Shown here one piece after another: positions 41,488 to 52,104 of a stretch of 64,000 nt of DNA (its first letter is position 1; every line of letters starts with the position of its first letter). Source of the DNA: Vulcanimicrobiota bacterium (GTDB lineage: Bacteria > Vulcanimicrobiota > Vulcanimicrobiia > Vulcanimicrobiales > Vulcanimicrobiaceae); NCBI GenBank assembly GCA_963733295.1, contig CAVTCS010000003.1, forward strand, positions 192,001 to 256,000. The letters run 5' to 3'. A program made the position numbers and the translations under genes. The notes beneath the pieces are model-generated. The model made no database searches. It had not been told where the DNA came from and saw only the letters and a program-made list of their open reading frames with translations.

Positions 41488-42027
41488 TTGCTCGCGCTGT
41501 CGGCGGCGACGCTGGTCGTGTTCGGGCGTCCCAGCCGCAAATCGGCGCTGGCCGGCGTTCCGCTCGCGCTCGCGGGCGAGGCGGTTCGCTGCTGGGCCGT
41601 CGGTTACTCGGGCGTCACGACGCGCTCGGACCGCGTGACCGCTCCCGCGCTCGTCACCGCGGGGCCGTATGCGTACGTGCGCAACCCGTTGTACGTCGGC
41701 AACTTCATCACGGCGCTGGGCTTTACGATCGCGTTCACCGGCGCTCTTCCGGCGCCGGGCCGCTTGCTGTTGGGCGCTCTCGGACTCGGTTCGATGCTCG
41801 CCGTCTATGCGGCGATCGTCCCGCTCGAAGAGTCGTACTTGCGTAAAACCTTCGGGGCGAGTTTCGACGACTACGCCGCGCGAGTGCCGCGCTTGTTTCC
41901 GCGGGCGACTCCCTCCGAGCCGCAAACCGGTAGCTATGACGCGAACGTCATCGGCCGCGCCGAAACGCGCACGTTCTTGACCTTCGGCGCGATGCTGCTC
42001 GCGCTGGCGCTCAAGAAACCACGCTGA
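41488..42027 (+). CDS. Isoprenylcysteine carboxylmethyltransferase / PEMT-family membrane methyltransferase (5' end uncertain)
   Basis: LVTAGPYAYVRNPLYVG, EE.YL...FG..F..Y...VPR. Confidence 0.85.
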   Translation: MLALSAATLVVFGRPSRKSALAGVPLALAGEAVRCWAVGYSGVTTRSDRVTAPALVTAGPYAYVRNPLYVGNFITALGFTIAFTGALPAPGRLLLGALGLGSMLAVYAAIVPLEESYLRKTFGASFDDYAARVPRLFPRATPSEPQTGSYDANVIGRAETRTFLTFGAMLLALALKKPR

Positions 42028-42953
42028 TGGCGGCCAAGCGCTCCCACGGCGAACGGGCTCCGCTGCGCACCGCGCTCGTCTTCACTGCGGCGCTTGCGGT
42101 TCTCGAACTCGCGGGTGGGCTGTACGCTCACAGTCTCGCGCTCATAGCTGATTCGGCGCACGTCTTCATGGACGCATTTGCGCTCGGCGTCGCGACCTAC
42201 GCCGCCGCTCAGGCGTTGCGCCCCGCCAATGCGCGGCAGACTTTCGGATTCGCGCGCATGGAGATTCTCGCCGCGCTGGTCAACGGCGGCTTGCTCTTCG
42301 CGGTCACGATTCTCATCGTCGTCGAAGCCGCCCGGCGCTTCGGCTCCCCGGAGTTACCGCAGGGCGGCATCATGCTCGCCGTCGCGCTCGTCGGCATCGC
42401 CATCAACCTCGCGCTGGGCTTCGCTTTGGCGCGCACCGCGGGGGACAACTTGAACGTGCGCGCCGCGTTGCTGCACGTCGCGAGCGATGCGCTCGGCGCG
42501 ATTGCGGTTGCCGCTGCCGCCGTCCTCGTGCTGACCACCCGCAACGCGTGGGTCGACCCCCTGGCTTCGTTATTCGTGGCGGCGATAATCCTGTTCGGCG
42601 TCGCGCGGGTCGTGCGCGCCGCGACCGACGTTTTGCTCGAAAGCGCGCCGGAGCACGCGGCTATCCCGAAGGTGCGCGAAAGGCTCCGCACGCTCGACGG
42701 CGTTGCGGGAGTTCACGACCTCCACGTCTGGACGATCGGCGCCGGCGCTCACGTCCTCTCGGCACACATCCTGTTGCCGGACAAAAAGATCAGCGAGGCT
42801 TCCGCAATCCTGCGCACGATCGAAACCTCGCTGCGCGACGACTTTGGTATCACGCACGTGACCATTCAGTTCGAGTGCGAGTCCTGCGGCGACGACGACC
42901 GGATCGTCTGCACGCAAGTTGCCGGGCCGGCCGGCGGGAGTCAGAGCCACTAA
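42027..42953 (+). CDS. Cation diffusion facilitator (CzcD/ZitB-like)
   Basis: SLALIADSAHVFMD, TFGF.R.E, NVRAALLHV..D, HDLHVW, H.TIQ.E. Confidence 0.92.
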   Translation: MAAKRSHGERAPLRTALVFTAALAVLELAGGLYAHSLALIADSAHVFMDAFALGVATYAAAQALRPANARQTFGFARMEILAALVNGGLLFAVTILIVVEAARRFGSPELPQGGIMLAVALVGIAINLALGFALARTAGDNLNVRAALLHVASDALGAIAVAAAAVLVLTTRNAWVDPLASLFVAAIILFGVARVVRAATDVLLESAPEHAAIPKVRERLRTLDGVAGVHDLHVWTIGAGAHVLSAHILLPDKKISEASAILRTIETSLRDDFGITHVTIQFECESCGDDDRIVCTQVAGPAGGSQSH

Positions 42954-43019
42954 ACCGAGGGGCGCCGTCGCACGATCCGGAAGCAAACCAGTCCGTCATA
43001 TCGAGAGGGATAGCACCGC

Positions 43020-44363
43020 ATGAAAAACTCGAAAGCCGTCATTCTGAGCACCGCGCGGACGCCGTTCGGACGCCTGGGCGGCGCGCTGGCATCGCTCGCC
43101 GCGACCACGCTCGGGGGAGAGGCGATTCGCGCCGCGGTCGAGCGCGCGGGCCTCGATCCGGCGGAGGTCGAGCACGTGATCATGGGTCAAGTGCTGCAGG
43201 GAGGCGCCGGCCAAGCGCCCGCGCGTCAGGCGGCATACAACGCCGGCCTCGCCAAGACCGTCACCTTCGAGACGATCAACAAAGTGTGCGCCTCGGGGAT
43301 GATCGCGATCGTGCACGGCGCGCGCTTGATCAACGACGATGACGCCGAGGTCGTCGTCGCCGGCGGCATGGAGTCGATGTCGAACGCACCGTACGCCGCG
43401 CTTTCGGCGCGTTTCGGATATCGCTTCGGCGACGGGACGCTGGTCGATCTCATGAATTACGACGCGCTGCTCGACCCTTGGTCGAAGATGACCATGGCGC
43501 AAGCGCAATCGGAGGTCAACGCCGATCTCGGAATCGCGCGCGACGTACAGGACGAGTTTGCCTACAACTCGCATGCCCGCGCGGCGAAAGCCACGGCCGA
43601 CGCCACGCTCGCAGAAGAGATCGTCCCGCTCAAGGTCGCAACGAAGGCCAAGGGAAAGCTCGTCGTGGATGCGGTGCCGGTTGCGGCGCGCGCGCGCGTG
43701 CCGGTTGCCGCCGGCGCCGGCAACGGCGCTGCAGGTTCGCTCGGACACGAGCCGGCCGCGCATCTGGTGCCCGACGCAAAGCGCTTCTCGCCGTACCTCA
43801 CCGGTGACGTGCCGTTCACGCTCGTCGACAAAGACGAACCGATTCGAGGCGACGCTTCGCTCGAATCGATGGCCAAGCTCCCGCCGCTCGAGCGAGGCGG
43901 AACCGTCACCGCCGGAAACGCGCCGGGCGTCAACGACGGAGCTGCCGCCGTCGTGCTCGCGAGCGAAGAGTACGCGGCCAAACACGGGCGCCCGTTCCTC
44001 GCGCGCGTCGTCGATCATGCCGCCGCATCGTGGGACCCGGCGTACCTCGCGCTGACACCGGCGATGGCTTCGCAGAAACTGCTCGAGAAGAACGGCCTGA
44101 AGGCGAGCGATATCGCGATTTGGGAAGTCAACGAGGCCTTCGCGGCGGTCGCCTGGAGCACCGCGCACCGGCTCGGTCTCGATCCTAAGGTACTCAACCA
44201 ACTCGGAGGAGCGGTAGCTTTCGGCCATCCGGTCGGTGCCTCGGGCGCACGCATCACCGCTTCGGTCGTGCATCAGTTGCGTCGGCGCGGGGGCGGTCTC
44301 GGGATCGCCGCGATCTGCAGCGGCGGCGGCCAAGGCGACGCCATTCTCATCCGGGTCGAGTAA
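43020..44363 (+). CDS. Acetyl-CoA C-acetyltransferase (thiolase) with a ~50-aa insertion
   Basis: RTPFG, INKVCASG, GGMESMS, NEAFA, GHPVGASG, ICSGGGQG. Confidence 0.95.
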   Translation: MKNSKAVILSTARTPFGRLGGALASLAATTLGGEAIRAAVERAGLDPAEVEHVIMGQVLQGGAGQAPARQAAYNAGLAKTVTFETINKVCASGMIAIVHGARLINDDDAEVVVAGGMESMSNAPYAALSARFGYRFGDGTLVDLMNYDALLDPWSKMTMAQAQSEVNADLGIARDVQDEFAYNSHARAAKATADATLAEEIVPLKVATKAKGKLVVDAVPVAARARVPVAAGAGNGAAGSLGHEPAAHLVPDAKRFSPYLTGDVPFTLVDKDEPIRGDASLESMAKLPPLERGGTVTAGNAPGVNDGAAAVVLASEEYAAKHGRPFLARVVDHAAASWDPAYLALTPAMASQKLLEKNGLKASDIAIWEVNEAFAAVAWSTAHRLGLDPKVLNQLGGAVAFGHPVGASGARITASVVHQLRRRGGGLGIAAICSGGGQGDAILIRVE

Positions 44364-44364
44364 G

Positions 44365-45255
44365 GTGACGAGAGTTCTCGTCGTCGGTGCCGGCCAAATG
44401 GGGAGCGGCATCGCCCAGGTCGCCGCGCAAGCCGGCGATAGCGTCTGGCTCAACGACCGCGCGCCCGAATTCGTCGAACGCGGCCTCGGCGTCATCAAAC
44501 GCAACCTCGAACGCTCGGTCGAAAAGGGCAAGCTGAGCGCCGAAGAGCGCGACGCGGCGCTACGCCGCATCAGGCCGCAGCTCGAGTGGGAACCGCTCGA
44601 GATCGACATCGCGATCGAAGCCGCCTCCGAAGACCTCGAGACGAAGCTCGGGATCTTCCGGCGGCTCGACGAGTTGACGCCGCCGGGCGCGATACTCGCC
44701 AGCAACACCTCCTCGATCTCGATCACGAAACTCGCCAACGCGACGCGCCGCGCGCCGCGCGTCATCGGCATGCACTACTTCAACCCCGTGCCGGTGATGA
44801 AGCTCGTGGAGATCATCCGCGGAATCGCAACCGCGCAGGAGACCTTCGACTTCGTCCGCGATCTCGCCGTCGCGCACGGCAAGACGCCGGTCGAGGTGCG
44901 CAACTTTCCGGGCTTCGTTTCGAACCGGGTTCTGTGTCCGATGCTGAACGAGGCGATCTTCGCGCTCTACGAGGGCGTCGGATCGGTCGAAGCGATCGAC
45001 ACCGTGATGAAGCTCGGCATGAACCATCCGATGGGACCGCTCGAGCTGGCCGACTTCATCGGGCTCGACACGTTACTCTCGATCTTGCTCGTGCTCTACG
45101 AGGGTTTCAAGGATCCCAAGTACCGCCCATGCCCGCTGCTCGTGGAGTACGTCGACGCGGGCCGGCTCGGACGCAAGAGCGGGCGCGGCTTCTACGACTA
45201 CGCTGCGCGCGAGTCGAACGGCACCAAACCCATTCCCGCCGCGACCGCTCGCTGA
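44365..45255 (+). CDS. hbd: 3-hydroxybutyryl-CoA dehydrogenase
   Basis: [45 protein letters not shown]. Confidence 0.92.
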   Translation: MTRVLVVGAGQMGSGIAQVAAQAGDSVWLNDRAPEFVERGLGVIKRNLERSVEKGKLSAEERDAALRRIRPQLEWEPLEIDIAIEAASEDLETKLGIFRRLDELTPPGAILASNTSSISITKLANATRRAPRVIGMHYFNPVPVMKLVEIIRGIATAQETFDFVRDLAVAHGKTPVEVRNFPGFVSNRVLCPMLNEAIFALYEGVGSVEAIDTVMKLGMNHPMGPLELADFIGLDTLLSILLVLYEGFKDPKYRPCPLLVEYVDAGRLGRKSGRGFYDYAARESNGTKPIPAATAR

Positions 45256-45256
45256 C

Positions 45257-46426
45257 GTGTCGACGGAAACTCGGCGGCGCGTTCAATTCGCGCCGACCGC
45301 CGAACAGCTCGAGATCGGCGCGCTCGCGCGCGAGGTCGCCCAGCGCGAGATCGCGCCGCATATCGCCGCGTGGGATCGCGCGCACCACTTCCCGCGCGAG
45401 CTGTACGGAAAACTCAACGCGGCGGGCCTGATGGGCTTGCCGATCGCCGAACGCTACGAAGGAGCGGGCGCCGATTACGTCTCGTGCGCGCTGGCGCTGG
45501 AGGAGATCGCGCGCGTCGACGCCGGAACCGCGGTCACGCTCTCGGTTCACTACATGATTGCCGCTGCGATCGATCGGCTCGGAAGCGACGCGCAGAAGCA
45601 GCGGTATCTGCCGCAGCTAGCCGCGGGCGACAAGATCGCCGGCTTCGCCTTGACCGAGCCCGGCGCCGGTTCCGATGCCGCGGCGATTCGCAGCAGCGCG
45701 CGCCGCGATGGGAGCGCATACGTTTTGAACGGCCGCAAACAATGGTGCACGAACGGCAGTTTCTCCGCCGTGACGATGGCGATGTTTCGCACCGGCGGGC
45801 CGGGCGCGAAGGGCGTTTCAGCCTTTCTCATCGAGGCGGAGACGCCGGGCATGACCGTCGAGAAGGTCACCGAGAAGCTCGGCATCCACACGAGCAACAC
45901 CGTCGACCTCGCGTTCGACGACGCGCGCGTCCCGGCGGACGCGCTGCTCGGCGCCGAAGGCGCTGGATTCACCGGCGCGCTCGGCGCGCTCACCACGGGT
46001 CGCATCGGAATCGCGGCGCAGGCCACCGGCATTCTCGCGGCCTGTCTCGAGGCCTCGGTGAAATTCGCCAAAGAGCGCGAAGCGTTCGGGAAGCCGATCG
46101 GCGCCTTCGAAGGGGTCTCGTTCAAGATCGCCCAGATGGCGACCGACCTCGACGCGGCGCGCCTGTTGGTGTATCGCGCAGCGGCGCTGTACGATGCCGG
46201 CGAGCCCTTCGCAACCGAAGCCAGCAAAGCGAAGCTGTTCGCTTCGACCGCCGCGCGCAAGCATGCCGCCGAAGCGGTGCAGATTCACGGCGGCTACGGC
46301 TACACGACGGAGTTCCCCGTCGAGCGTTACTACCGCGACGCCAAAATCACGGAAATCTACGAGGGCACGAGCGAGATCCAGCAAGTGATCGTCGCGCGTT
46401 CGCTGCTAGGGAGACTCGACGCTTGA
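45257..46426 (+). CDS. Short-chain acyl-CoA (butyryl-CoA) dehydrogenase
   Basis: [53 protein letters not shown]. Confidence 0.93.
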   Translation: MSTETRRRVQFAPTAEQLEIGALAREVAQREIAPHIAAWDRAHHFPRELYGKLNAAGLMGLPIAERYEGAGADYVSCALALEEIARVDAGTAVTLSVHYMIAAAIDRLGSDAQKQRYLPQLAAGDKIAGFALTEPGAGSDAAAIRSSARRDGSAYVLNGRKQWCTNGSFSAVTMAMFRTGGPGAKGVSAFLIEAETPGMTVEKVTEKLGIHTSNTVDLAFDDARVPADALLGAEGAGFTGALGALTTGRIGIAAQATGILAACLEASVKFAKEREAFGKPIGAFEGVSFKIAQMATDLDAARLLVYRAAALYDAGEPFATEASKAKLFASTAARKHAAEAVQIHGGYGYTTEFPVERYYRDAKITEIYEGTSEIQQVIVARSLLGRLDA

Positions 46427-47586
46427 AGTTGATGGAGTTCCAAGGTAAAGAGCTATTCCGGCGCGCCGGCATCCCGACGCCGCGCGGTCAGCTGGCCAAG
46501 ACGCCCGAGGAAGTCGCGGCATTCGTCGCGGCCAACCCCGGCTCGTGGGTGCTCAAGAGTCAAGTCCTCATGGGCGGTCGCGGGAAAGCCGGGGGCATCA
46601 AATTCGCCGACAACGCGGACGACGCGCGCAAACTCGCGACCGAATTGATCGGCAAGGTGCTCAAAAACGAGCAGAACCCGGACGGCGAAGAAGTCAGAGC
46701 GCTTCTCATCGAGGAGAAGGTCGACATCGCGAGCGAGGCCTACGTTTCGATCACGATCGATCGCGCCGTCAAGGAGCCCGTCGCGATCGTCAGCGCCAAA
46801 GGCGGGATGGACGTCGAGGAGGTCGCGGCGACCGACCCGGGAGCGCTCGCTCAACTCTGGATCGATCCCGCCATCGGCTTCCAGCCGTTCGAAGGCCGGC
46901 TGCTCGCATTCTCGGCCAATCTGCCCGAAGGCTACCGCAAGACCTTCCCTTCGATCCTCGGCGCGCTCCACGCGCTCTTCATGGACTACGGAGCGCAGCT
47001 GGTCGAGATCAACCCGCTCGTGCTGACCAAAGACGGCCGGGTCATCGCCTCGGATGCGAAGGTCGAGCTCGACGACAACGGGCTCTACAAGCATCCCGAA
47101 CTAGCCGACTGGAAGAACGACACGCCTAAGGATGAAGATCAGGCGGCCGCCATCTCCATCGGGCTCGGGTTGTCGAACTACGCCAAGCTCGACGGCGACA
47201 TCGGGGTCATCGCCAACGGGGCCGGCCTCGGCATGGGCACGATGGACGCCATCCGCAGCGCGGGCGGCTCGGCCGCGAACTTCCTCGACATCGGCGGCGG
47301 CGCGCAGGCGGACCTCGTCAAGAAGAGTTACCAGCTCGTGACGAGCGACCCGAAAGTGAAGGCGCTCTTCATCAATATCTTTGGCGGCATCACGCGCGGC
47401 GACCAGGTCGCAAAGGGCATCGTCGAGGCTCTTTCGGGCAACGATATCCGCAAGGTGCCGCTGGTGATCAGGCTGACCGGGACCAACGAAAAAGAAGGTC
47501 GCGAGATCCTAGCCGCCGCCGGAATGAACCCCGTCGAGACCATGGACGAAGGCGCCAAACGCGCCGTCGAGTTAGCCGCTTCCTAA
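46423..47586 (+). CDS. sucC: Succinate-CoA ligase beta subunit
   Basis: (M)[59 protein letters not shown] at 46423 overlaps the upstream TGA. Confidence 0.96.
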   Translation: MKLMEFQGKELFRRAGIPTPRGQLAKTPEEVAAFVAANPGSWVLKSQVLMGGRGKAGGIKFADNADDARKLATELIGKVLKNEQNPDGEEVRALLIEEKVDIASEAYVSITIDRAVKEPVAIVSAKGGMDVEEVAATDPGALAQLWIDPAIGFQPFEGRLLAFSANLPEGYRKTFPSILGALHALFMDYGAQLVEINPLVLTKDGRVIASDAKVELDDNGLYKHPELADWKNDTPKDEDQAAAISIGLGLSNYAKLDGDIGVIANGAGLGMGTMDAIRSAGGSAANFLDIGGGAQADLVKKSYQLVTSDPKVKALFINIFGGITRGDQVAKGIVEALSGNDIRKVPLVIRLTGTNEKEGREILAAAGMNPVETMDEGAKRAVELAAS

Positions 47587-47605
47587 TGAAGAGGGTGGAC
47601 TAAGC

Positions 47606-48484
47606 GTGTCTATTTGGCTGGATAAGAATTCGAAGGTCCTGGTCCAGGGGATCACGGGGCGCGAAGGGCTGTTTCATACGCAGCGGATGATCGCGTACGG
47701 CACGCAGATCGTGGGAGGCACCTCGCCGGGCAAGGGCGGGACGACGATCGAGGGCGGCCAGCCGGTCTTCAATACGGTAAGGGACGCGGTCGCCGCGACC
47801 GGCGCGAACGTTTCGATCATTTTCGTTCCCCCCGCGGCGGCGGCCGACGCGCTCTATGAAGCGCACGACGCTCAGATCGAGCTGGCGGTGTGCATCACCG
47901 AGGGCATTCCGGCGCACGATATGTTGCGGGTGGTGGCCACGACCGCCGGGATGCGGATCATCGGACCCAACTGCCCGGGGCTGGTTTCGCCGGGGCGGGC
48001 GCTGGTCGGGATCATGCCGGGCCAGATATTTAAAGAGGGCCGCGTCGGGATGATCTCGCGCTCGGGGACGCTGACCTACGAGATCGTCGACCTACTGACG
48101 AAAGCCGGGCTCGGGCAGTCGACCTGCGTCGGAATCGGCGGGGACCCGATCATCGGGACGACCTTCGTCGATTGCCTCAAGGCGTTCGCGAACGATCCGG
48201 AAACCGACGCGGTCGTCGTCTGCGGGGAAATCGGGGGCTCGGACGAGGAGGATGCCGCTGACTTCATTCGCGAGCACCTGCCCAAGAAGCCGGTCGTAGC
48301 CTTCATCGGAGGCCGATCGGCCCCCAAGGGCAAGCGGCTCGGTCACGCCGGCGCGATCATCTCCGGGAACTCCGGCACCCCCGAAAGCAAGCTTGCCGCG
48401 TTCAAGGCGGCAGGGGTTCCCGTCGCGGACCGCCCCTCGGAGATCCCCGAGCTGGTGAAGGGCCGGCTCGGAGCCCCCGTCTAG
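47606..48484 (+). CDS. sucD: Succinate-CoA ligase alpha subunit
   Basis: [37 protein letters not shown]. Confidence 0.97.
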   Translation: MSIWLDKNSKVLVQGITGREGLFHTQRMIAYGTQIVGGTSPGKGGTTIEGGQPVFNTVRDAVAATGANVSIIFVPPAAAADALYEAHDAQIELAVCITEGIPAHDMLRVVATTAGMRIIGPNCPGLVSPGRALVGIMPGQIFKEGRVGMISRSGTLTYEIVDLLTKAGLGQSTCVGIGGDPIIGTTFVDCLKAFANDPETDAVVVCGEIGGSDEEDAADFIREHLPKKPVVAFIGGRSAPKGKRLGHAGAIISGNSGTPESKLAAFKAAGVPVADRPSEIPELVKGRLGAPV

Positions 48485-48608
48485 GGGTCCGAAAGAATTT
48501 TTCGGTCGCTGCGTCCTTTAACGAACTAAACAGAGGATTAACATTTGGCCGGACGAAGCGGCCTAGAGTGCGGGGCGTCACCTCACTTGTGGCGCCGTGC
48601 ATTGCGCT

Positions 48609-48884
48609 AGTTGATTCGCATCAACTTCGCACGAAACATAACTGAACCGTCTAGGAGACAGTATGCTGAGACGCAGTCTCAGTTCGCTGATCCCCTGTCT
48701 AGCGCTCGTGGCGATCGACCAGGGAACTTGGGTTCTGGCCGCATGACCACGCACACGTTGAGCAGGACGATCGCGGACTCTGCGATTGGTCAGTCTATAT
48801 CTGGCGCCAACCTTACGGCCGCAAGCTCGTCGCTAACAGCGACGGGTGAGTTCCGCCACATCGCCCTTTTAGGGAGGGACATCT
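48609..48884 (+). promoter_or_regulatory. Structured 5' leader of the TBDR-like gene (candidate cis-regulatory RNA)
   Basis: Dense inverted repeats: AGTTGAT-tcgc-ATCAACT (48609-48626), CTGAGAC-gca-GTCTCAG (48666-48682), TGACCA...TGGTCA (48744-48792), CGTCGCT-aac-AGCGACG (48828-48844), CCCT-ttt-AGGG covering the SD (48864-48874). Confidence 0.4.
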
Positions 48885-51800
48885 ATGTCTATGGCGTTCA
48901 TGCGTGAGCGTCGCGGATGGCTGGCACGCGCCGCCGTCCTCGTCGCACTAGTTTTTGCCCTCGTGGGCACGTCGATCAGCCCGATCATGGCCGCAGGCGG
49001 TCAGTTCGGCAATTTATCGGGAACCGTCCTCGATCAGTCGACCAAGGCGCCGATCGGAAGCGCGAAGGTGACGGTCGTCAGCCCGAGCGGCACCTACCGT
49101 GCGACGACCGGCTCGAACGGTCAGTTCAGCATTCTCGGTGTGCCGGTCGACACGTACCTGGTCACGGTCGAGGACCCTGGCTATCTCCCGGCGACCTTCT
49201 CCGGCGTCACGATTCAGGGTGACCAGACGCAAGGTATGGGCCTCATCCTGCTCGGCAAGGAAAAGGAAATCGGGCATGTGACGGCTCGCTCGCAAGCCGG
49301 CGCGTTCCAACCGACGCAGACGACCGATACGTTCCAGGTCGACCAGAACCGCATTTTGCAGTCGGTCGGTAAGCTGGCGGGCACGAACGAGAACAACGTT
49401 CTGTTGGCCGTTCCCGGCGTGACCTTGACCAACGCGGGCATGCCTACGATTCGCGGCGGCGCTTCGCGCGAGGTCGGCTACCAGTACGACGGCGTCAGCT
49501 TCACGGAACCATTTCTCGGCAATAACGGGTCGAACGGCCTCGTCAACGGCCTGGGCTCGGTTCAGGTCGTCGAGGGTGCCGGCGACGCCACCCAAGGCAA
49601 CGTCGGTTCCGGCGTCATCAACGTCATCCCGAAGCGCGGCACGTATCCGGGTTTCGGCTTCGTCGATCTCGAAGCGGGCGGCCCGAATTTCTCGCACCAG
49701 TTCGCGTTTGAGGAAGGCCTCGCGACGTCGAACGGCACGATTTCGGACTACATCGCGTATACCGGCCGGCGCTTCGATCCGTACTTCGGCTATTCGCAAC
49801 AGAATCAGGGCGCGTACGGTAACTACTTCTCGGACCAGTACACGAACAACAACCAGCTCACCAACAATTTCATCTTTAAGTTCGGGAAGAATCAAGCACA
49901 GTCGCTGCAGGTTCTCTACACGAACATCTCGGAGACGGCGCTCGGCAATCTGGGAGGGATCCCGAACGGCGGCGTACCGGGCGGGAACGGTCTGTCGTAC
50001 TACCCGTACGATAGTCTGTCGCAAGAGGGTGAGTACTACGGTCCCGGTAGCCTAACCGGATACACCGCGGCACAGTATGCCAGCCTCATCGGATTGGATT
50101 ATGGCGTCCCAGCTACCAACTCGACGATTCCATCTCCACAGGTCAACGCGTCGTTGCAGACGACGTTCTTGAAGTTCGAATACGACAACAACCTGAACTC
50201 CACGACGTTCATGGCGTTGCGCTACTACAACTGGAACCAGCTCATCGCCAACGACACCTCGTTCAGCCTCGGTCCCGGCAGCGGCGGAATCACCGTCAAC
50301 CAGACCGTCGGCGGCCCCACCACAGGTATGTCGTTCGACATCACGCATCAATTCGCGTCGAACCTCCTCGTCTCGCTGAACACCAAATACGACCTCCAGC
50401 ATCCCATCTGGGATGCGCAGGAACCGCAAGTCGGTTTCTTCGGCCTCAACGAGTTCGACCCCAGTCCAGCCACCGACCCCGTTCCGGCCGACTGGTTGCC
50501 GGGCGGCTACATCTACAACTACTTCACCAGCAAGGGTGAAGCGGTGCCGCGCATCCCGATCTGGGGGATCAATTACCACCAGAGCTTCTTCCAAAACTAC
50601 GGAACGGGCATCCGCTTCCAGTACACGCCGACGTCGGCGATGCACATCGACGCGGGCGTCCGCTACGAAGGTCAGAACAGTCACTGGTTCAACCAGCTCG
50701 AGCAGTACGGGCAAGGGATTCCGACTGGTACGCCGGGTGGTCCGTACTCGGTCCTCCCCTCGTCTTGGACGAGCTCGTTCCTGAACCCGACGGAATGGGA
50801 GCCCCGGATCGGCGTCAGCTACCAACTGAATACGCAGAATTCAGTCCGCGCTTCCTACGGACGTTCGGCGGTGTTCATCAACGCGCAGAGCGGCGGCACG
50901 CCGTTCCAGCTGTGGAACCTCGCGCCGTACACGAAGATTCCGGCCAAGCCCGGTGCGCAGTGTATCGCCGGGATCAGCGGAAACTCCGTTCCCTGCTCGT
51001 TCTACTCGCAACAGTTGTACTGGCAAGGTGACAACGTGGAAGCGCCCGACGCAGGTGGAACCCAACCAGGCCTCTACAACAACTACGACCTGAGCTTCAA
51101 CCACGCGTTCAACAACGGCTGGGGCGCACGGGCCACCGGCTTCTACAAGCTCGGAACCAATTTGCCGGCTTTCGGCCTGATCGAGTTGCTACCCGGTGGC
51201 GGCGCGATCTTCGGTACGAACAATCAGGGCTTCAATCGCACGACGGGCGTCGAGCTCGACGTGACGACGCCGTCGAAGCCGGTCGGCTGGTCCGGCTTCT
51301 TCGCAGCAACCTACCAGAACGTGCTCGGCACGACGCCGCCCCTCTCTGAGAACGAGACGAACGTCCCGCTGCTGCCTTCAGCCTCGATCGAACTCGGAAA
51401 CATCTATCGAGCCGGCTACGTTTCGCCGTTCTCGATGCGCCTCGGCACGACGTTCAAGACGGCAAGCGGATTTACCGCGACGCCGGTCCTCCAATTCGAC
51501 GTTGGATACCCGTACTCTCAGGGCACCCTCATCGCCGCGAACTGCAACGGGAAGAACGTCAACATCGTTCAGGCCAACTTCGGTTGCGGAGCACCGGATA
51601 TCAACAACGGGTTGTACGCCAGCAGCGGAAACAACCTCGCGACCGGCTACTACGATCCGGCGGATCCTGGGACGAACTTCAATCCCAATCTGGCCGCGAC
51701 GCGTGGCGTCAACCAGACCGCTGCAGCCGGCGGCTACCTCTCGCACATCAACCTGCAAGCGGGCCTAACGTTGCAATACGCGATCAAGTCGAGCACGGTC

Positions 51801-52085
51801 GGTATCCAGTTCATCAACCTGTTCGGCAACGGATTCGTCAACTCGGTTCCAGCGCTCAACCCGTGGTACCAGCCGGTTACGACCGGAGTATCGGGCCCGC
51901 AGACCAGCTACAACGCCGATTGCTTACAGTATGGCTCGGCGCGTGGCTGCTCGAACATTCCAAAAGCGGCCTACGCCTATAGCAACGGGTCATACGTCCT
52001 ATCGAACGGAAACTTCACGCAGGGCTCCGCGATCGCGCCGCTGCAGCCGTTCGCTTTTACCGTCTACTATCAGCTGAAGCTGTAA
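48885..52085 (+). CDS. TonB-dependent-receptor-like outer-membrane beta-barrel with N-terminal carboxypeptidase-regulatory-like domain
   Basis: Signal peptide; G.LSGTV.D...API..A.VTV...G.F.I.GVP..TY.V.VE.PGY; plug-like VPGV...IRGG...YDGV, GVIN; EPRIGVSY; C-terminal VYYQLKL. Confidence 0.82.
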   Translation: MSMAFMRERRGWLARAAVLVALVFALVGTSISPIMAAGGQFGNLSGTVLDQSTKAPIGSAKVTVVSPSGTYRATTGSNGQFSILGVPVDTYLVTVEDPGYLPATFSGVTIQGDQTQGMGLILLGKEKEIGHVTARSQAGAFQPTQTTDTFQVDQNRILQSVGKLAGTNENNVLLAVPGVTLTNAGMPTIRGGASREVGYQYDGVSFTEPFLGNNGSNGLVNGLGSVQVVEGAGDATQGNVGSGVINVIPKRGTYPGFGFVDLEAGGPNFSHQFAFEEGLATSNGTISDYIAYTGRRFDPYFGYSQQNQGAYGNYFSDQYTNNNQLTNNFIFKFGKNQAQSLQVLYTNISETALGNLGGIPNGGVPGGNGLSYYPYDSLSQEGEYYGPGSLTGYTAAQYASLIGLDYGVPATNSTIPSPQVNASLQTTFLKFEYDNNLNSTTFMALRYYNWNQLIANDTSFSLGPGSGGITVNQTVGGPTTGMSFDITHQFASNLLVSLNTKYDLQHPIWDAQEPQVGFFGLNEFDPSPATDPVPADWLPGGYIYNYFTSKGEAVPRIPIWGINYHQSFFQNYGTGIRFQYTPTSAMHIDAGVRYEGQNSHWFNQLEQYGQGIPTGTPGGPYSVLPSSWTSSFLNPTEWEPRIGVSYQLNTQNSVRASYGRSAVFINAQSGGTPFQLWNLAPYTKIPAKPGAQCIAGISGNSVPCSFYSQQLYWQGDNVEAPDAGGTQPGLYNNYDLSFNHAFNNGWGARATGFYKLGTNLPAFGLIELLPGGGAIFGTNNQGFNRTTGVELDVTTPSKPVGWSGFFAATYQNVLGTTPPLSENETNVPLLPSASIELGNIYRAGYVSPFSMRLGTTFKTASGFTATPVLQFDVGYPYSQGTLIAANCNGKNVNIVQANFGCGAPDINNGLYASSGNNLATGYYDPADPGTNFNPNLAATRGVNQTAAAGGYLSHINLQAGLTLQYAIKSSTVGIQFINLFGNGFVNSVPALNPWYQPVTTGVSGPQTSYNADCLQYGSARGCSNIPKAAYAYSNGSYVLSNGNFTQGSAIAPLQPFAFTVYYQLKL

Positions 52086-52104
52086 TCCGGAAAGGAAAGA
52101 AAAT

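Noticed and set aside
48590..48605. Possible sigma54 promoter TGGCGC-N6-TTGC upstream of the TBDR gene
   Set aside because: GG-to-GC spacing is one base longer than the strict -24/-12 requirement.
48611..48907. 98-aa ORF in the TBDR leader
   Set aside because: No SD, atypical composition, overlaps the TBDR start; the region is better explained as a structured non-coding leader.
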